Shown here: positions 12,497 through 27,000 of the stretch, piece after piece
Numbering within the stretch: position 1 is the stretch's first letter
Layout of the letters: each line of letters starts with the position of its first letter
Assembly: GCA_047967505.1 (NCBI GenBank)
Contig: CM106538.1
Length of the DNA: 64,000 bases
Direction: 5' to 3' (one strand)
Source: Dipteris shenzhenensis
Lineage: Eukaryota
Made by a program: the position numbers and the translations under genes
The notes under the pieces: generated by a model
Databases searched by the model: none
Told to the model about the DNA's origin: nothing
Seen by the model: only the letters and a program-made list of their open reading frames with translations

Positions 12497-15280
12497 GCCT
12501 CTGTTGAGAGTTCACGCTCAACATCATGTGATCATGTGTGCATAGCACCATCACGTGATCATATGTGCATAGCACTAACCTTATAGAGTGCTATAAAGGA
12601 AAGGGTTAGATCCCCTAACCCTAACCCTAAAAGGGTTTGTATATATTCTATTTTTTCAACTAAATCTAGTGTAAAGTTAGTCATTTGTGGTGTGCTCTCT
12701 AGTTGTGCCCTCTCTCCTCATCTCCACTCTTCTCCTCTCCCCTCTTCATATTTTGTCATGGTATCAGAGCTCCCTTGCCGTCCGCTGAGGCACTGTGATT
12801 CTTGAGGAGTGAGGGTGATTGAGAGATTGAGAGATCGAGTGTTCTCGTCCATTGAGAGAACTTCTTCTTTCACTTCCATTGAGTGATAAAGAAATTTCTG
12901 CCCATTGAGAGGAAATTTCCGTCTATTATTCTCTCTTTGAGTTCTTAAGAGATTTCATTTCTTGAGAAAGAGAGTATTTCTTGTTTATGAGAGAGAGAGA
13001 GATCTAGATCTTAGTCTTTGAGAGAGAGGTTTTGAGAGATCTGTGAGAAAGAGAAAGAAAGGTCTTAGTCTCATTCTGAGAGAAAGAGATCAGGGTATTC
13101 TCTTATGACAAATCGAAGTGTATGAAGTTTACGAGGTACAAGGCACACCATAGTGCCCAGTGCAGCTCAGGACAGCAAGCCCATAAGTACGCCTTCTACA
13201 ACAAAGGCTCTGATTAACGGGCATCAATGCTCTCCACAGCCAAACTGGCTTCGCAATGACCTATGGACTTCAATGGCCACATCAAATGGCCTGCATGCAA
13301 TGGGCCTCCAAGAGCCATCGACTTCAGTGCTAGTGCACCCCGCCTTGTCCCCCGCTTGAATCTGACATAGCACGGTAGCTCGCTCTACAAGCGAGTCCTA
13401 AGCCTCTTTCACAACTAAGGTGACCCTGCAACAGAGCTCTCCAGCGCCACCCTTCCACAATGTGCTACCGGCTGACCTCTCCATCAACACCCTCGTAGCC
13501 TCCTCCAATGACAACGCTCCTCCAAATAGTGGCCACCGTCTCCAACCCATATGCACTAGGCCTCTGTGCACCACCATCCAACACAACGGCCACAGCTACC
13601 TCTTATGCCTCCTAGGCTCCAACTCCTAGCTGCCGCCAACAAGAAGCTGCACCCAAGCATCTCCAGCCTCCGAAGGCTCCTCGACGACCAAAGCGTCCCT
13701 GACCCTGTAGTCTCCATAGGCTGCGCCATCGACAAGGGACTCTAGCCCTTCAGTACTCGAAGCTATTGTCTTGCAGCACGACAAAAGCTCACGAGCACCG
13801 CCATTCAAGCCTCTCTAGCATAGCCTAGGCTCTTCTCTCTACTGTGCATCCTTTCTCTGGCTTTGCCGCCCCCATCCACAGCACTACGACTCGCACGGCA
13901 TCCTGCCTCGCAGTAGTCATACTGTATCGCCATTTTCCTTCAAAGGTTGAAAGTCGCACAGAAATCAACACGTGGCAGATCAAATATAACTACGGTTAGA
14001 TTAAAGTAACCTTGCTAGGTTGATACAGTAAAGTTTACTTGGGTTAGGTTTGGTTGGCCAAATTTGTGCCACGTGGCAACCTTATCCTACCCACGTGCCA
14101 CATCACCACATTATCCTAACACGTGGCAGTCAACTACCACATCATCACCTTGTCATCCTATCTGCCACATCAGCAACAGCCACGTCACCTGTGCCACATC
14201 ATCAAAGACATGTCATCAGCCACATCATCAGTGCCATGTCATCAATGCCACATCATCAACCACATCATCAATGACACATCATCACCGACTACCACGTCAG
14301 CATTGCCACATCACCTCTGCCACCTCAGCAGTGCCACCTCAGCTGTCCAGTCAGCATTGACCCCTGCCAGGCACACACAGTGCTCCACAGGCACTTCATG
14401 TGAACACTCCTGCCACCTTAGCACAGAGCTTCACTGGCACACCTCTTGCTAAGCAAAGTGCCACATCATCATTGCATGTGACTCACAGTGACACATCATC
14501 ATTGAGCACATTTGCACTCCTTTTACCCCTCCACCTAGATCAAGTCATATCTCTTGATCCAGGAAGAATTTGAGGGTGCTCCAAAAAGAAAAGTCACTCG
14601 TTTTTTCGTGCTCTACGTGCTCGTCACATCATGCACACATTTTGGTGCAAGTTACACTCACATTTGAGCCTCACCAACAAAACCACTTCCTTCATGCACA
14701 TTTGCCTCTACATCGACGCATCTGACCCAGCACTTAAAAAGAACAAAAGAAAAGGAATTATTTGTTGTTCTTTCATCGATCGACGGTTGGTTTAGATCTA
14801 GATCAGAGTAGACTAGATCGCCATAGAGGGGATGCGTTGAATTCCCCAAGTTGCCAATCTAAGCCATGCCCGAAATTCCCGACTAGTACCTACTCAGAGT
14901 CAGTCCATATGCTCACATCCGATTTCACATCATTACATTACGTGAAACCTTATGTTCATCAATTCAGTGAGCAGACTTCATAGTCCAAAGGCATTGCAGA
15001 TTGATTCAGTGGGCAGATAGCATTTGATTTCACACACACATGCCACCATTGTAAAGCCTATTTGACTATTTCACGGCATCGTGCACATCACTTTCAGCCT
15101 TGTAAAGCCTCTTGGCTATTCCTGACATCATTGCCACAAGCCTTGTAACATAGATAAGATTTTATATACTACAGTTCTATCTTCACCGACGGTACAGAGA
15201 TTTCACTTAGCATCTTCAGTGTATTTGCAGTTGATTCATACAGAGATTTTCACGACACTTTTGAGTACATTTCTTGCACC

Positions 15281-18200
15281 ATGTCGACTAGCAACCTCAA
15301 TCTAGAGGCATCTGCTAAGTTAGACAACTCCAATTACGGTACATGGAAATACCAAATGGAGACCATTCTTGTGCTTCAGGACAAATGGGAGTATGTCGAT
15401 GGATCTACACCTAGACCGTTGGCCGATCCACCCACCAGTAGCTCTACTCCATCTGTTGTCACAGCACCAGCAACGAGATCTACATTGGGATCTACATCTA
15501 CACAAATAGTTTCTGCACCAGTAGCAGATCCTACCATTGTCCGAGCTCAAGCAGAATGGGATAAGAAAGACAAGTATGCCTATCACCTGATCAAGCGGAA
15601 TGTGCAAGATGTCATGCTAGGACAGCTCAACACAGTCAAGACATCAAAAGAAGCATGGGATATGTTCGCAGCTCTCTACGAGTCCAAGAACACATCCAGG
15701 ATTCTCACCCTGAGAAACCAGATCAACCAGAGTTTCCGCAACAGTAGTGAAATCAGTCATGCTTATGTACTCTGCATCAAAGACTATAACAATCAACTTG
15801 TAGAAGCAGGAGAGACTATGAACCCGCAGAAATGGTTCAAGTAATCCTGAATGGACTAGGAGAAGGATATGAGAATCTAGTCCAGAGTATTGCCATCCAA
15901 CTGCAAATTCCAACACTGGAAGAACTTCAGTTAGTTCTACTTGGTGAAGAACTCAGGACTCAGGCCATTCAAGCACGTAAAGGTCATTCTAATGATCAGG
16001 CATTTAGAGCTTCAGATAGAAGCAGAGGTAAAGGCAGAAACAGAGGTAGATCATACCAGAAAAGTGGTCATCATCAACAAAATCAAAGTCAAAATCAGCA
16101 TCAGCATCAGCATCATCCTCAGCAACATCAGAATCAGCAAAGAGGAAATCATTCCAATCGAGGAAGATTTCAAGGACGAGGGAATGCATCCACCAATGTG
16201 TCAAAAATTCAGTGCAACTACTGTCACAAGTTTGGACACTATGAAAGAGATTGCCACAAGAAGCAGTATGACCAAGGCGATCAATCCAGCAGTAATCGAG
16301 GGAATTCCCAAGGAAGAGGAAATCATTGTGGTGGACATTCTAGTCACAGTCATTTTGCAAATGAACATGGAAATATGTTTCTTGCAAGTGAGGAATTGCA
16401 TTAGACTGATACAATGCACCTAGACACTGATTTCAATCCCAAAGAGGATTTTAGCTATCAAGTCGACCAAGTGGAATAGGATCCTTGGTACATCGACAGC
16501 GGTGCATCATCTCATATGACAAATCATCAGGAATGGTTCACAGAGATGAAACCATTAGAAGGTCAGAAGCATGTCATCTACACAGCAGACAATACACCGA
16601 ATCCAATTCAAGGGACATGCGTTATCCCTATGAACAATTTCATTAGTATAAAAGGATTAGTCAAAGATGTGTTCTATGTTCCAAAGCTCAGCAAGAACCT
16701 TTTGTTAGTAGGTCAAATGACGGAACACAACTACAAAGTCATCTTCAACGGTGATGAATGCACTATCAGAGACAAATCCAAAAGATGTCAGCTAGTAGCA
16801 AAAGGTGTCAAGGAAGGACGCTTATACAGAATGCTAACTACAGTACTAGATAAGCATGCGATGTCAGCTCAAATGCAAGAGATGCCACTATCTGCAAAAT
16901 GGCACAAGAGATATGGTCATGTCAACTTCAAGTACTTGTTAGATCTCAGGAATCGAAAATATGGCAATTGGGATTCCGAAGCTATAGTTTCTTGGAGAAG
17001 TTTGTGAAGCATGCTGCTTTGGCAAACAAAAGCGAACCAAATTTGTCAGAAGTACCTCTCGTGCATGAGGTATTCTTGATTTGATACATACAGATGTATG
17101 GGGTTATGCCCAGACCCACAGCATCAATGGTTCACTTTACTACTTGACCTTCATTGACGACTACAGCAGATATTGTTGGGTCTACTTTCTGAAAGAGAAA
17201 TCTAAAGTGTTTTCCAAATTTCAAGAATTCAAAGCCATGGTAGAAAACTAGACAGGCAGAAAGATCAAGGTCATGAGATCAGATAGAGGAGGTGAATACA
17301 TGTCTTCAGCATTCATGAATTTTTGCAAAAATCATGGCATACGAAGACAATTCACATGTGCAGATACTCCTCAGCAGAATGCAAGGGCTGAAAGGAAGAA
17401 TGGGACTTTAGCAGACAGTGCTAGAGTAATGCTTAGTGAAAAGCATCTTCCGAATCAGTATTGGGCAGAAGCAATAGCTATAGCTAACTATTTGCTTAAT
17501 CGGCTTCCTACCGAACCAATACAAGTTATGACTCCTTATGAAGCATTCACTGGACATAAGCCACGCATTGGACATCTCGGCATATTTGGTTGCATAGCAT
17601 ATGCCCACATACATGATGATCATCACAGGAAATTGGATGCGAAGTCATGAAAATGCATCATGGTTGGCTACAGTGAAGAAAGCAAAGCATACAAATTGTA
17701 TGATCCCATCAACCGCAAAGTCATTATCTCCAGAGATGTAATCTTTGATGAGGAATTAGAATGGAAAACCTCACCTACACATGAGATAGAAGCATCGACT
17801 TCACAGTCATCTATAGAATAGGTTGATGAAGAAGAGCAAGAATTGCCAACAACACCCCAAGCAGCACCACATCAGCTCAAACGGTCTACTAGGGAAAGCA
17901 GACCACCAGCTAGATTGACATATGCTCAAAAAGGCAAAGCAATTCAGGTGGAAACCACCAACTATGCTCTTATGACTACCATCATGGCTACAGAAGAGCC
18001 AGTGTACTTCGAAGATGCAGTAGACAAGCCAGAATGGCAAACTGCTATGAATGAAGAAATGGATGCTTTGTATAAAAATAACACTTGGGAATTATGCGAC
18101 CTCCACCAGGAAAGAAGGCCATAGCAACAAATGGGTATACAAAGTGAAGTACAATCTAGATGGCAGTATTCAGAGATACAAAATCAGATTAGTTGCAAAA

Positions 18201-18546
18201 GGATTTGCACAACAATATGGTCAAGATTATGATGAGACTTATGCTCCAGTAGCAAAGATGGATTCCATACCGTTCTTGATATCACTAGCAACACTCAGCA
18301 AATGGAATGTGTATCAGCTCGATGTCAAGAATGCATTTCTCAATGGTTATCTAGACGAGGAAGTCTACATGCAACAACCAGCAAGTTATGTTGAACCAAG
18401 AAAGGAGAACAAGGTTTGCCATCTCAAGAAAAGTCTCTACGGCTTAAAGCAAGCACCCAGAAGCTGGTACAGTAGAATTGGCAAGTATTTTGCTGATCTG
18501 GGATACATGAAGTCCAATGCAGATCATACTCTCTACTACGAAGTTT
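15281..18546 (+). pseudogene. gag-pol: Copia D gag (CNYCHKFGHYERDC zinc knuckle), protease, integrase and RT N-terminus
   Basis: ORFs 15281-15844, 15832-16404, 16516-17007, 17273-17650 and 18051-18548. Confidence 0.92.
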
Positions 18547-20203
18547 AAGGCTTCTCTGCCATCCACCACGGCCTCTTTGGCTCCCCCTGCCTCTAGAGTT
18601 ACCACGTCCTCCTGCATAGGACTGGTTTTCTTGCGTTTGCTGCATATTCTGATTTCTACCACGGCCTGCAGATCGGCCTCCTCTACCTCTGCCTCTACCT
18701 CTGCCAGCATTTGAGTAGAAGACAGTTTCTTTTGAAGTTCCTGCTGAAGAAGATGCACCCCCATTTCTCTGCTCTTCAGAAATTAGAAGAGCAATCAACT
18801 CCTCAAAATCAGGAAAGTTTTCACGGATGGCAATGGATGTCCGGAACTGTGCATAATCCTTTCCTAGACCATTCAAGGTCACAGAAACCAAATCATCATC
18901 ATCCACTGGCGACCCAATGGAAGCAAGTGCATCTGCAATTTTCTTCACTTTCATGTGGTAGTCATTTATGCTCAAATTTTCTCTCTGCACATTGTGCAAC
19001 TCCTGTTTGAGTTGCATTTTCCTGGCTTGCGTATTTGTGCTATACATTTTTGCCAAAGTATCCCATGCCTCCTTTGGCGTATTTGCATCCTGAATATGCA
19101 CAATCATGGAGTCCGAAATACTGATAGACAGCCAGTACATAACTTTCCTGGCTCTCTCATGCCATCCTTTGAATGCCTGCATTTCCTGTTGACTAGGAAC
19201 ATTAGGAAGAACAGGTTCTTCTTCATTTCCTGTAATGAATTCCCAATAGCCTTTTCCCATCAAGAAATTCGTCATTCTAAACTTCCATGCCTGGAAGTTG
19301 TTCTTGTCAAGCTTTTCAGTGACAATCTATGAAAGAGAATCAGATGCCATTATAGAACACTGCAAAATATTCTGTCACTGCAAAAAACACAGCTTTTTGC
19401 CTCACACGGGCAGATCTGCAAAACTGACGAAAGTGGTATTTCACCACACAGTCACTTCCTAGTGACGATTTTGCATCAACAGGCAACAAGCATGAATCTG
19501 TAACTCCCAATATCTCTGCACACAGGCATACGATGCAATTTCTGTGGCACCTTTCCACCAACTAGCCGTGCAGTGGTCGCACAGCCAAAAACAGGGCCTT
19601 TTTCTGAGTGCCTGCGAAGAACTTCCGCCTTCAAAATGGGCCCCCGAAACGGCCCGCAGCATATACTACGCTCTCGCCACACCGCGAAGGGCATCTCAAT
19701 CTGAAACAGTGCACTCCTGCACTTCTGGCTGTGCTACCTGCAGAGATTTGCTCCCAAACTCGAAATAGGAAAGCAACACTGGTCCTCTTACCAGGACACC
19801 ACGAACTTGGCTTGCTTTCTTGAGATCCTTACCACGAACAAGGCTCTGATACCATGTGAAGATTGTGGGAGAGAGGAAAGGAGTCTCACTTGAGGCTTTC
19901 TCACATGCACAATGGGGGAATACACACGAAGGTGGAGGCTGAAAAACAGTTTTCCTCTTCTTAGTTGTGAAAGCCAAAAGAACTCTAGTACAAAGAAATA
20001 GAAGAACCCTATATGTGGGTCTCAAACCAAACTCAACTAAGGTGGCATACTAACTGAGCCACAAACTATATTAGATAAGGATAGCTGTCATCCAGCTATT
20101 ATTCGTGGGCGGTGTACCAACCGCATCTCCAGCTAACAGGTCGGTGACATAAATGCACAACAGTCACCCTGGCATATCGCGAGTGGAGCTCGATATCTCA
20201 ACA
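18547..20203 (-). mobile_element. Truncated Copia C copy 2: 5' LTR, PBS, leader and gag
   Basis: LTR 19855-20203; PBS at 19843-19854; gag ORF from 19275 nearly identical to C1 gag; breaks off before the zinc knuckle. Confidence 0.9.
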
Positions 20204-23200
20204 ACCATTGCCCCACACCTTCTAACACTCTCATTGGTACACCTCAAATCACTTTTTTATCCCTTTAAATTAGGAAAAACTAATTGGAGGCCCTTTTGAG
20301 ACCCCAATTCTAATGCAATGTAGTTGGTGGAACCGACTAGTCAACCTAGTCAGTGGAGCCGACTAGTCGTCCATGGAATATTCCCTATATTGTCCATGGA
20401 ATATTCAAGGAATATTTCCTATACCATCGCCTCGAGGGCTCTCACCCCTGAACCCCCACTAGGGGTACTGTTGACCCCCTTGGGCCCCCCCAGCTGGGGG
20501 CCACAACTAGTCCCCAGGCCCCAGCAAGAATAAGGGCTCCCACATAATCACCTTTCTACCATCAACGGTCTCATTGATAGACCTCATCTGACATGCAAGT
20601 TAGGATCCATCCACTGTCTCGAGCTCACACATGGCTTCTCCTCATATGGGGGCCTTACAACTTGAGCACCTTGGACCACTAGTGGTTACCAAGAGGGTGG
20701 GGCATTGAGCATATCTAACAATCTTTGACATGCTAAACACTCCTTTGCATATCAATGGGCATCTTTGAATACTATTGGCCACCTTTAGGCCTGATTGCAT
20801 AATCTTTCCTCCTGTGACCTCTCCTGAGAAATGTCCTCTAGCATTTCCATCATGTGCCTTGTCAACACCGCCCAAACTCGCGCACACCGTCTAATCACTT
20901 GATCAATGCCTCTCTTATCAAGTACACCAACAATAACCAAATAATGCTTACATTGTAGCAACATTTTCTTTTTTTCATTCCTTGACAAATGATCTAGAAT
21001 CAGTCCATCAGTAAGAAAAAACAACATCCGATCATACCAATCTTTTGGATCATCCATTCGGATCATGAACAAGTCTGCATTTGGTAGTTGATCTAGCACT
21101 CCAATAGGCAGCAATTGCATGTTGTCTTCTTGGTGTATGAATTATCTGATAATCAAATTCTTGCAACAATAGCATCCACCTTGCAAGTCTTCTAGTTAGT
21201 TATTGTTTAGTTACTAAAATGGATCAAAGCATGGTGGTCAACATGGAATTCAACCTTATTGCCAAGTAGGTAATTTTTGAACTTATGTAAAGCATATACC
21301 ATTCCCAAAGCTTCTCTTTCAGTGTGACTACATAATTCTTTTCAGCCTTTGTCAACACTTTGCTGGCATAGTACACAGGTCAAAACCACTTTTTATGCTT
21401 GTTTTGCATTGAGACTTCTCCAACTACTACATCTGAAGCATATACAAACACATAAAAGGGTAATTCCCAATATGGAGGTTCTAGGATAGGAGCTACTACC
21501 AACAAACACATAAAAGGGTAATTATCAATCTGGAGGCTCTAGGATAGGAGCTACTACCAACATCTTCCTTAAAAATCAAATGCTTGCTCTGCTGCTCCAA
21601 TCCCGATACATATTTTACTCCCTCTCTTGTCAATTTAGTGAGGGGCATACACACATGTGAGAGATACCTAAAAAATATGCTATGCCATTGATCTGGCCAA
21701 TAAACCTAGACAATACGTTTACATTCTTGGGAAACAAAGCTTTCTACATGACAAATACCTTTCTTGGATCAATATCCATTCCATCTTCACATATAATGTA
21801 GTGCCCCAATAATACACCTCTTTCCAAAGGAAAAGCACATTTGCTTGGATTTAATCTCAATCAAGCCATCTGACATTTCTCAAAACATAATCTAAGATTA
21901 TATAAATGGTATGATCTCTTACCAAAGACTATGAAGTCATCCAAGAATACTCTCTTGGAGGAGGTAAGGTAATCTACAAACACCTCTTGTATCCACTTCT
22001 GAAAAGTTGGTGGAGCATTTTTTAAACCAAAATTCATTACATTGCTTGAAAATACTCCCCATTTAGTGACAAATGTAGTTTTTTCTTTGTCCTCCTGAGT
22101 CCTCATTGGATTGTAACCACTAAATCCATCCAAAAAGCTATAAAACTCAAATCCTACCACAAGATCCAACATGGTATCACAAAAAGGTAAAGGGAAGGGA
22201 TCAGTAATAGTTGCTTCATTCAGCTTCCTATAATCCACACATATTCCTAGCTTGCCATTCTTTTTTGAAAATATGACAATAGGTGACAACCAAGTGACTC
22301 TATCCAAAGGATATATGAACCCAACTTTCAAAAGCTTATCCAAATCCTCTTTACCTTACTTAGCATATTAGGATTCACTCTTCTATCTTCACTGAACAGT
22401 TGGAACTGCATCTTTTTAAGATTTATCTTATGTTGGCAAAAAGAAGGATCAACTCCCTTCATATTTGTATAATGCCATGCAAAAATGTCCGCGAACACTA
22501 GCAATAGCTCCCTCAATTTCCCTTTGAAAGGTTCCTTCAATTCCATGCTAACACAAACCATCTTTGGATCATCCTTGTCATAAAGATTCATGCCTTCGAG
22601 CTCATCTTCTTTCACCCTAACACTCTTGCTCATATGTTATTCAAGGATTTCTCTGCTTGGATTACTCTCGAATTTGAGTTTTCAGACTCCCCTCTATTAT
22701 TTCTTCATCAGCATCTTCATCAGAGTCATTTGACTTCTTTTGAGCCACATCCACTTTCTGGTCAGAACTATCTGGCTTGTTGGACTGCATAGTCAGAACT
22801 CTATTGGAATGAGTCTTCTTATCATTTGTGTACTTTTGTAGAATTCCTACCACATCTACTTCAAACAATGGTACTAATGAAGGATTTCTTTTAAGGAAAT
22901 AACCCTCTTTATCCTCTTCCAACTCTTCCACCACCATATTAACTCCCTCCACCTCTATGGGTTGCATATACCTAGGAAGAGTTTTATTATCCTAATGGTT
23001 GTATTATCCTCTGATCCATCAATTTTGACCTAAAAAGTTGTTCGAATCAATTCATTATCACAAAAGCGCTTATACAACTCTTCTGAAAGTATGTTAACAC
23101 CAGATCCCCCATCAATAATAAGTACTTATAGAATAATTTGTCTTTTGTACTTCACATCTACTACAGGCACTTTATATCAACATAGTCCACCACAGAGGTA

Positions 23201-24060
23201 TAGGTTTCCATGTCTTCTTCATCTTCCATTCTTACTCCCACTTTAGCTATAGATTTGGTTGCTCCTTAATATGAAAAATTTGGCACAACTCTTCTTTAAA
23301 AGTAGGTACTAGGTTTAGCAATTGGTCAAGTGTTATGTGTATCTTTGAGTGCAATAACTCCCCTTTTCCTCCTTTTCTTTAGTCTTCAATTCATGTTCTT
23401 GCTCTTCATCATTGATTGACAAACTCTTCTCCCTTTTAGGTGCTTTATTTTCTTCTACCTTACCTTTAGATTTCTCTTTATTGCTTTTGACTGTTTTCAA
23501 GTTCCTGTCTGGTCCAATCCTGCTATATGTCAAAGTCTCCTTTTTTATTCACTTTGGGCAAAATCTCTTCTGAGACTGTACTTGTTGTTGCTTTGTTCAT
23601 TTGATCTCTTCTATTTTGGCATGACTCTTAGCAACATCATTATCCTCCGTCATCCGACCTGCATCTAACTGTTGTTGGGATGTACTCTAACTGTTCTCCA
23701 TTAATGGTCGAAAGTGAGTTGAATTACTATTTCCTTTACTCAAATCCTCTTTTCCATCTCTCTTCACTTCATTTTCTTTGTATATAGCCTTCAGGACTGC
23801 ATCCCTGACTTCTTGCTGTTTCTCCCAATCTATCAATTGTTTAGGATTAAAAGCCAATGGGGCTTTTTGTTTGAACTTGAGCCTTAGATCCAACTCTTGT
23901 GATCACTAAAGAATCAATATTTGGGTGAACCATGGACACCTCAGCTTCCTTTCGACACTCTGAACAATCACACTCAACTTCAAGATACTGAATGTCATGT
24001 TTGCTATGAATCTTTGTAACTTTCCTTATATACTCCTCTTAGAAGATCTCTTTGGAATCT
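20204..24060 (-). mobile_element. Degenerate Ty3/Gypsy internal fragment (gag remnant, protease, RT, RNase H, integrase Zn finger)
   Basis: ORF 21861-22343 (CVDYRKLN, LDGFSGY, FGLKNAP, FLDD); DGGSGVN protease-like motif near 23100; AH...GHF at 20780-20890; no LTRs recognised. Confidence 0.85.
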
Positions 24061-24066
24061 TCCACA

Positions 24067-27000
24067 ATTGTCTTGGAATTGAGTTCTAGAGAGATTCAAA
24101 TAGCACATTTATGAGTCAGCTCAAGTATGTTGACAGTCTCCTGAAGAAGTTTCATATGGCAGATTGCAAGATTGCAGCCACTCCTATGGAACATAGTTTA
24201 AAAATTACTAAAGATTCAAAAAAGCCTACAGTCAATGACAGATACTACAGGCAACTCATCGAATCACTTATATATTTGACAATCACACGGCCAGATATTT
24301 GTTATGTAGTAAGCTCACTAGCACAAATTATGGCAAATCCAAAATAGTCTCACTGGAATGTAGCCAAAAGAGTCTTGAGATACATCAGAGGTACAAGACA
24401 GTTTGGGATAGAATATAGAGGAAGTCATCCACCGTTGCATGGATACTGTGACAGTGACTATGTCGGAGATCATGAGACTAGGAGATCGACATAGGGATAT
24501 GCATTTTTACTTGGTCAAGGTGCTATATAATGGTTGTCAAACAAACAGCCAACTATTTCTTTGTCTTCGATTGAAGCAGAATATAGAGCACTCACTATAG
24601 GTGCATGTGAGGCTATATGGCTCAGAAGACTTGACAAAACATGTGTGCCTCAGGATCTATGGAGCGCTCTAAGGTGGATGAAACCTGTGTGGAAACATGA
24701 TGAAGAGAGTGCTCATGACATGTATCTCAAGTCAATTAGGTTCCAAGATAGATTAACTTGGACTCATAAAGAGAATCTTGAGATAGTGCAAAGTGCTTGA
24801 TTGATATTACTTCAAATGAACCTCCCTTTTATATGTGAGGGTACTTACATCCATTTTGCTTGCTCACATGTGGGATATCTCCTCCATGCCATGTGGCAGC
24901 TTACCCTTTGCTCATACCTTTGCTCTACATGTGCTCATGGCACCATATCTCAACACCTCCCCTTGGTGCCATGATCCTTTGGCTACTGCAAGGTGGTCAG
25001 ATGTGAGTTACAAATCCATCACCTCCCCTTAGTGCATGCATGCTACTTAAGGTGGTCAAGTGTGGTTTTTACATTTCAATACCTCCCCTGGGTGCTTTCA
25101 TAGCTACTCTCAGGTGGTCAGGTTTAATTTACAAAATATAGGCAAGGTTGGCAAGGTTTTTTCTTTTCAATACATTCCATTGATGTCACCATTTGGCTCA
25201 TGGCTTGATGATGACTCCACGTAGTTGACTTGTTGGTTCTTCAATCTGCAATCTTCTTCCTTGTGTAGCTTCATGCATGATGCTTCCATGTGCCTTAATG
25301 CTTTATGTGTGGATGCCATGCTTCGTGCTATGGTCATCTCATGCACTTGTGCTTTTGGCATGCTTATGACAATGATGTGTGCATTCATGCTTTGCTTTTT
25401 CATTTGTTGCAAAGGTCTTACCAATTGATTTCTTTCAATATTGGCAGTGTCTAATTGCATATAATGATTCTAACTTAACAGCGCGTAGAGCTCAAAAAGA
25501 CGATCACTTTTCCTTTTTGGAGCATGGCCAAATTCCTCTTGGATTGCAAGTTACGGCTTGTTGAAGATTCTATGGAGGAGAGGGCCTTTGATGATGTGGC
25601 ACAGGGATTCACATGCTGAATTCCATACTGTACTTAGCAAGGGACTCTGTGCTTAGGTGGCACTTGGTGATGTGGCACTTTTAACTAACCCCAGTTTAGT
25701 TAACCCACAGTTACTCAAACTGTACCAAGGTTCAACTGACCCAAACAGTTAACTTAACCACAGTTAAATCCTATCTTGACAGGTGTCAAACTCCTAACCA
25801 TAGATTAACTTAAGGTCATCCAGGCTTAGCTGAGTGGCTTATCTTCCAAGTGGTCTAAGGTTAGAACCTTAGCAAAGGAGAAAGAAAGATTTTGCTTCTC
25901 TGCACAGGGACGACGAACGCAAAGGTTTGCGAATTCGGGCTCGTAGAGTAGGAATTGAAGTCTTGTGGGATTTCGTAGTTGGAGTAGTCGCTGCTCTTCG
26001 TTGGAGACATCGGCTCATTGGAGTCTTCCGTGTGGTCGTTGTTGTAGAGGGTTGGAGCTGGTAGTCGCAGGCAATGTTGGAGGGCTTGCTGTAAGGTCGT
26101 ATAAGAGCTACGGCCTTTGAAACCGGTGCTGGATGGCACTGAGCGTAGGCTGCTGGAGTCTCTATTGGGCATAGGCTGCTGGTCGACGCTGGGCGTAGGT
26201 TGCTGGTCAGAATTCATGGTCGTCGGCACTGGAGTCTCTGAGTAGCTGCAGCCCGTTGTGAGCTCGGAGTTGTCCAGAGGTGTTGGCGCTCAAGTTGGCT
26301 GGTGGGAGGCTGCTGAACCATGCATGCAGTTTGTTGGAGAAGGTCGTAGATGGCGCGCTGGTCGGCGTGCATGAAGGTTAAAGCTACCTGGGCTTAGAGC
26401 CTTAGAGCTTGGAAGATGCAGGGAGCTCACGGTAAAGATCGCCAAGTCGATGTGTAGGGAGCTCACAGTGAAGATCGCCAAGTCGATGTGCTGCTACGAG
26501 CTAGGAGGCGTTTCTATGCTATTGATGGAGCTTGCTTGTGAGCCGAGACTTCGTTGCAGAGTTGTTGCTTGTTGGACATTGGACAGTCGGCTCTTGGCAT
26601 AGTAGAGACCTATGTCTCTCACTTTATTTCTCACGGAGTAGACTCTCTCTCAGCACAAAGAGTGGACTCACAAGAGCTCTCTCTTTTTCACAATGGAACT
26701 CTCACAAAAGAATTGAACGGAAATCTTCAACTCTCATGGATGGAATTCTTTTAACGGGAGAATGAAAGAATGAACACTAAAAGAGAACACTCAACCTCAA
26801 TCTAAAACTAATCTAGGAATGGGAGCAATCCTAGTGAACTACTAATGAGCTAAACTAGGAGAGCTAAACCTATGCTCTGATACCATGACAAAACATGTGT
26901 GCCTCAGGATCTATGGAGCGCTCTAAGGTGGATGAAACCTGTGTGGAAACATGATGAAGAGAGTGCTCATGACATGTATCTCAAGTCAATTAGGTTCCAA

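Noticed and set aside
12759-12770. tRNA gene at TGGTATCAGAGC sites
   Set aside because: These are 12-nt primer-binding sites complementary to the tRNA-iMet 3' end, not tRNA genes
14050-14452. His/Ser/Thr-rich ORFs (also 38361-38721)
   Set aside because: Products of CCACATCAT-type low-complexity repeats, open in multiple frames
21445-21562. ~60-bp local duplication in the Gypsy RT/RH linker
   Set aside because: Ordinary slippage in a dead element
25861-26481. ORFs inside family A (also 48172-48516)
   Set aside because: Not conserved between A1 and A2, and no gag or pol motifs
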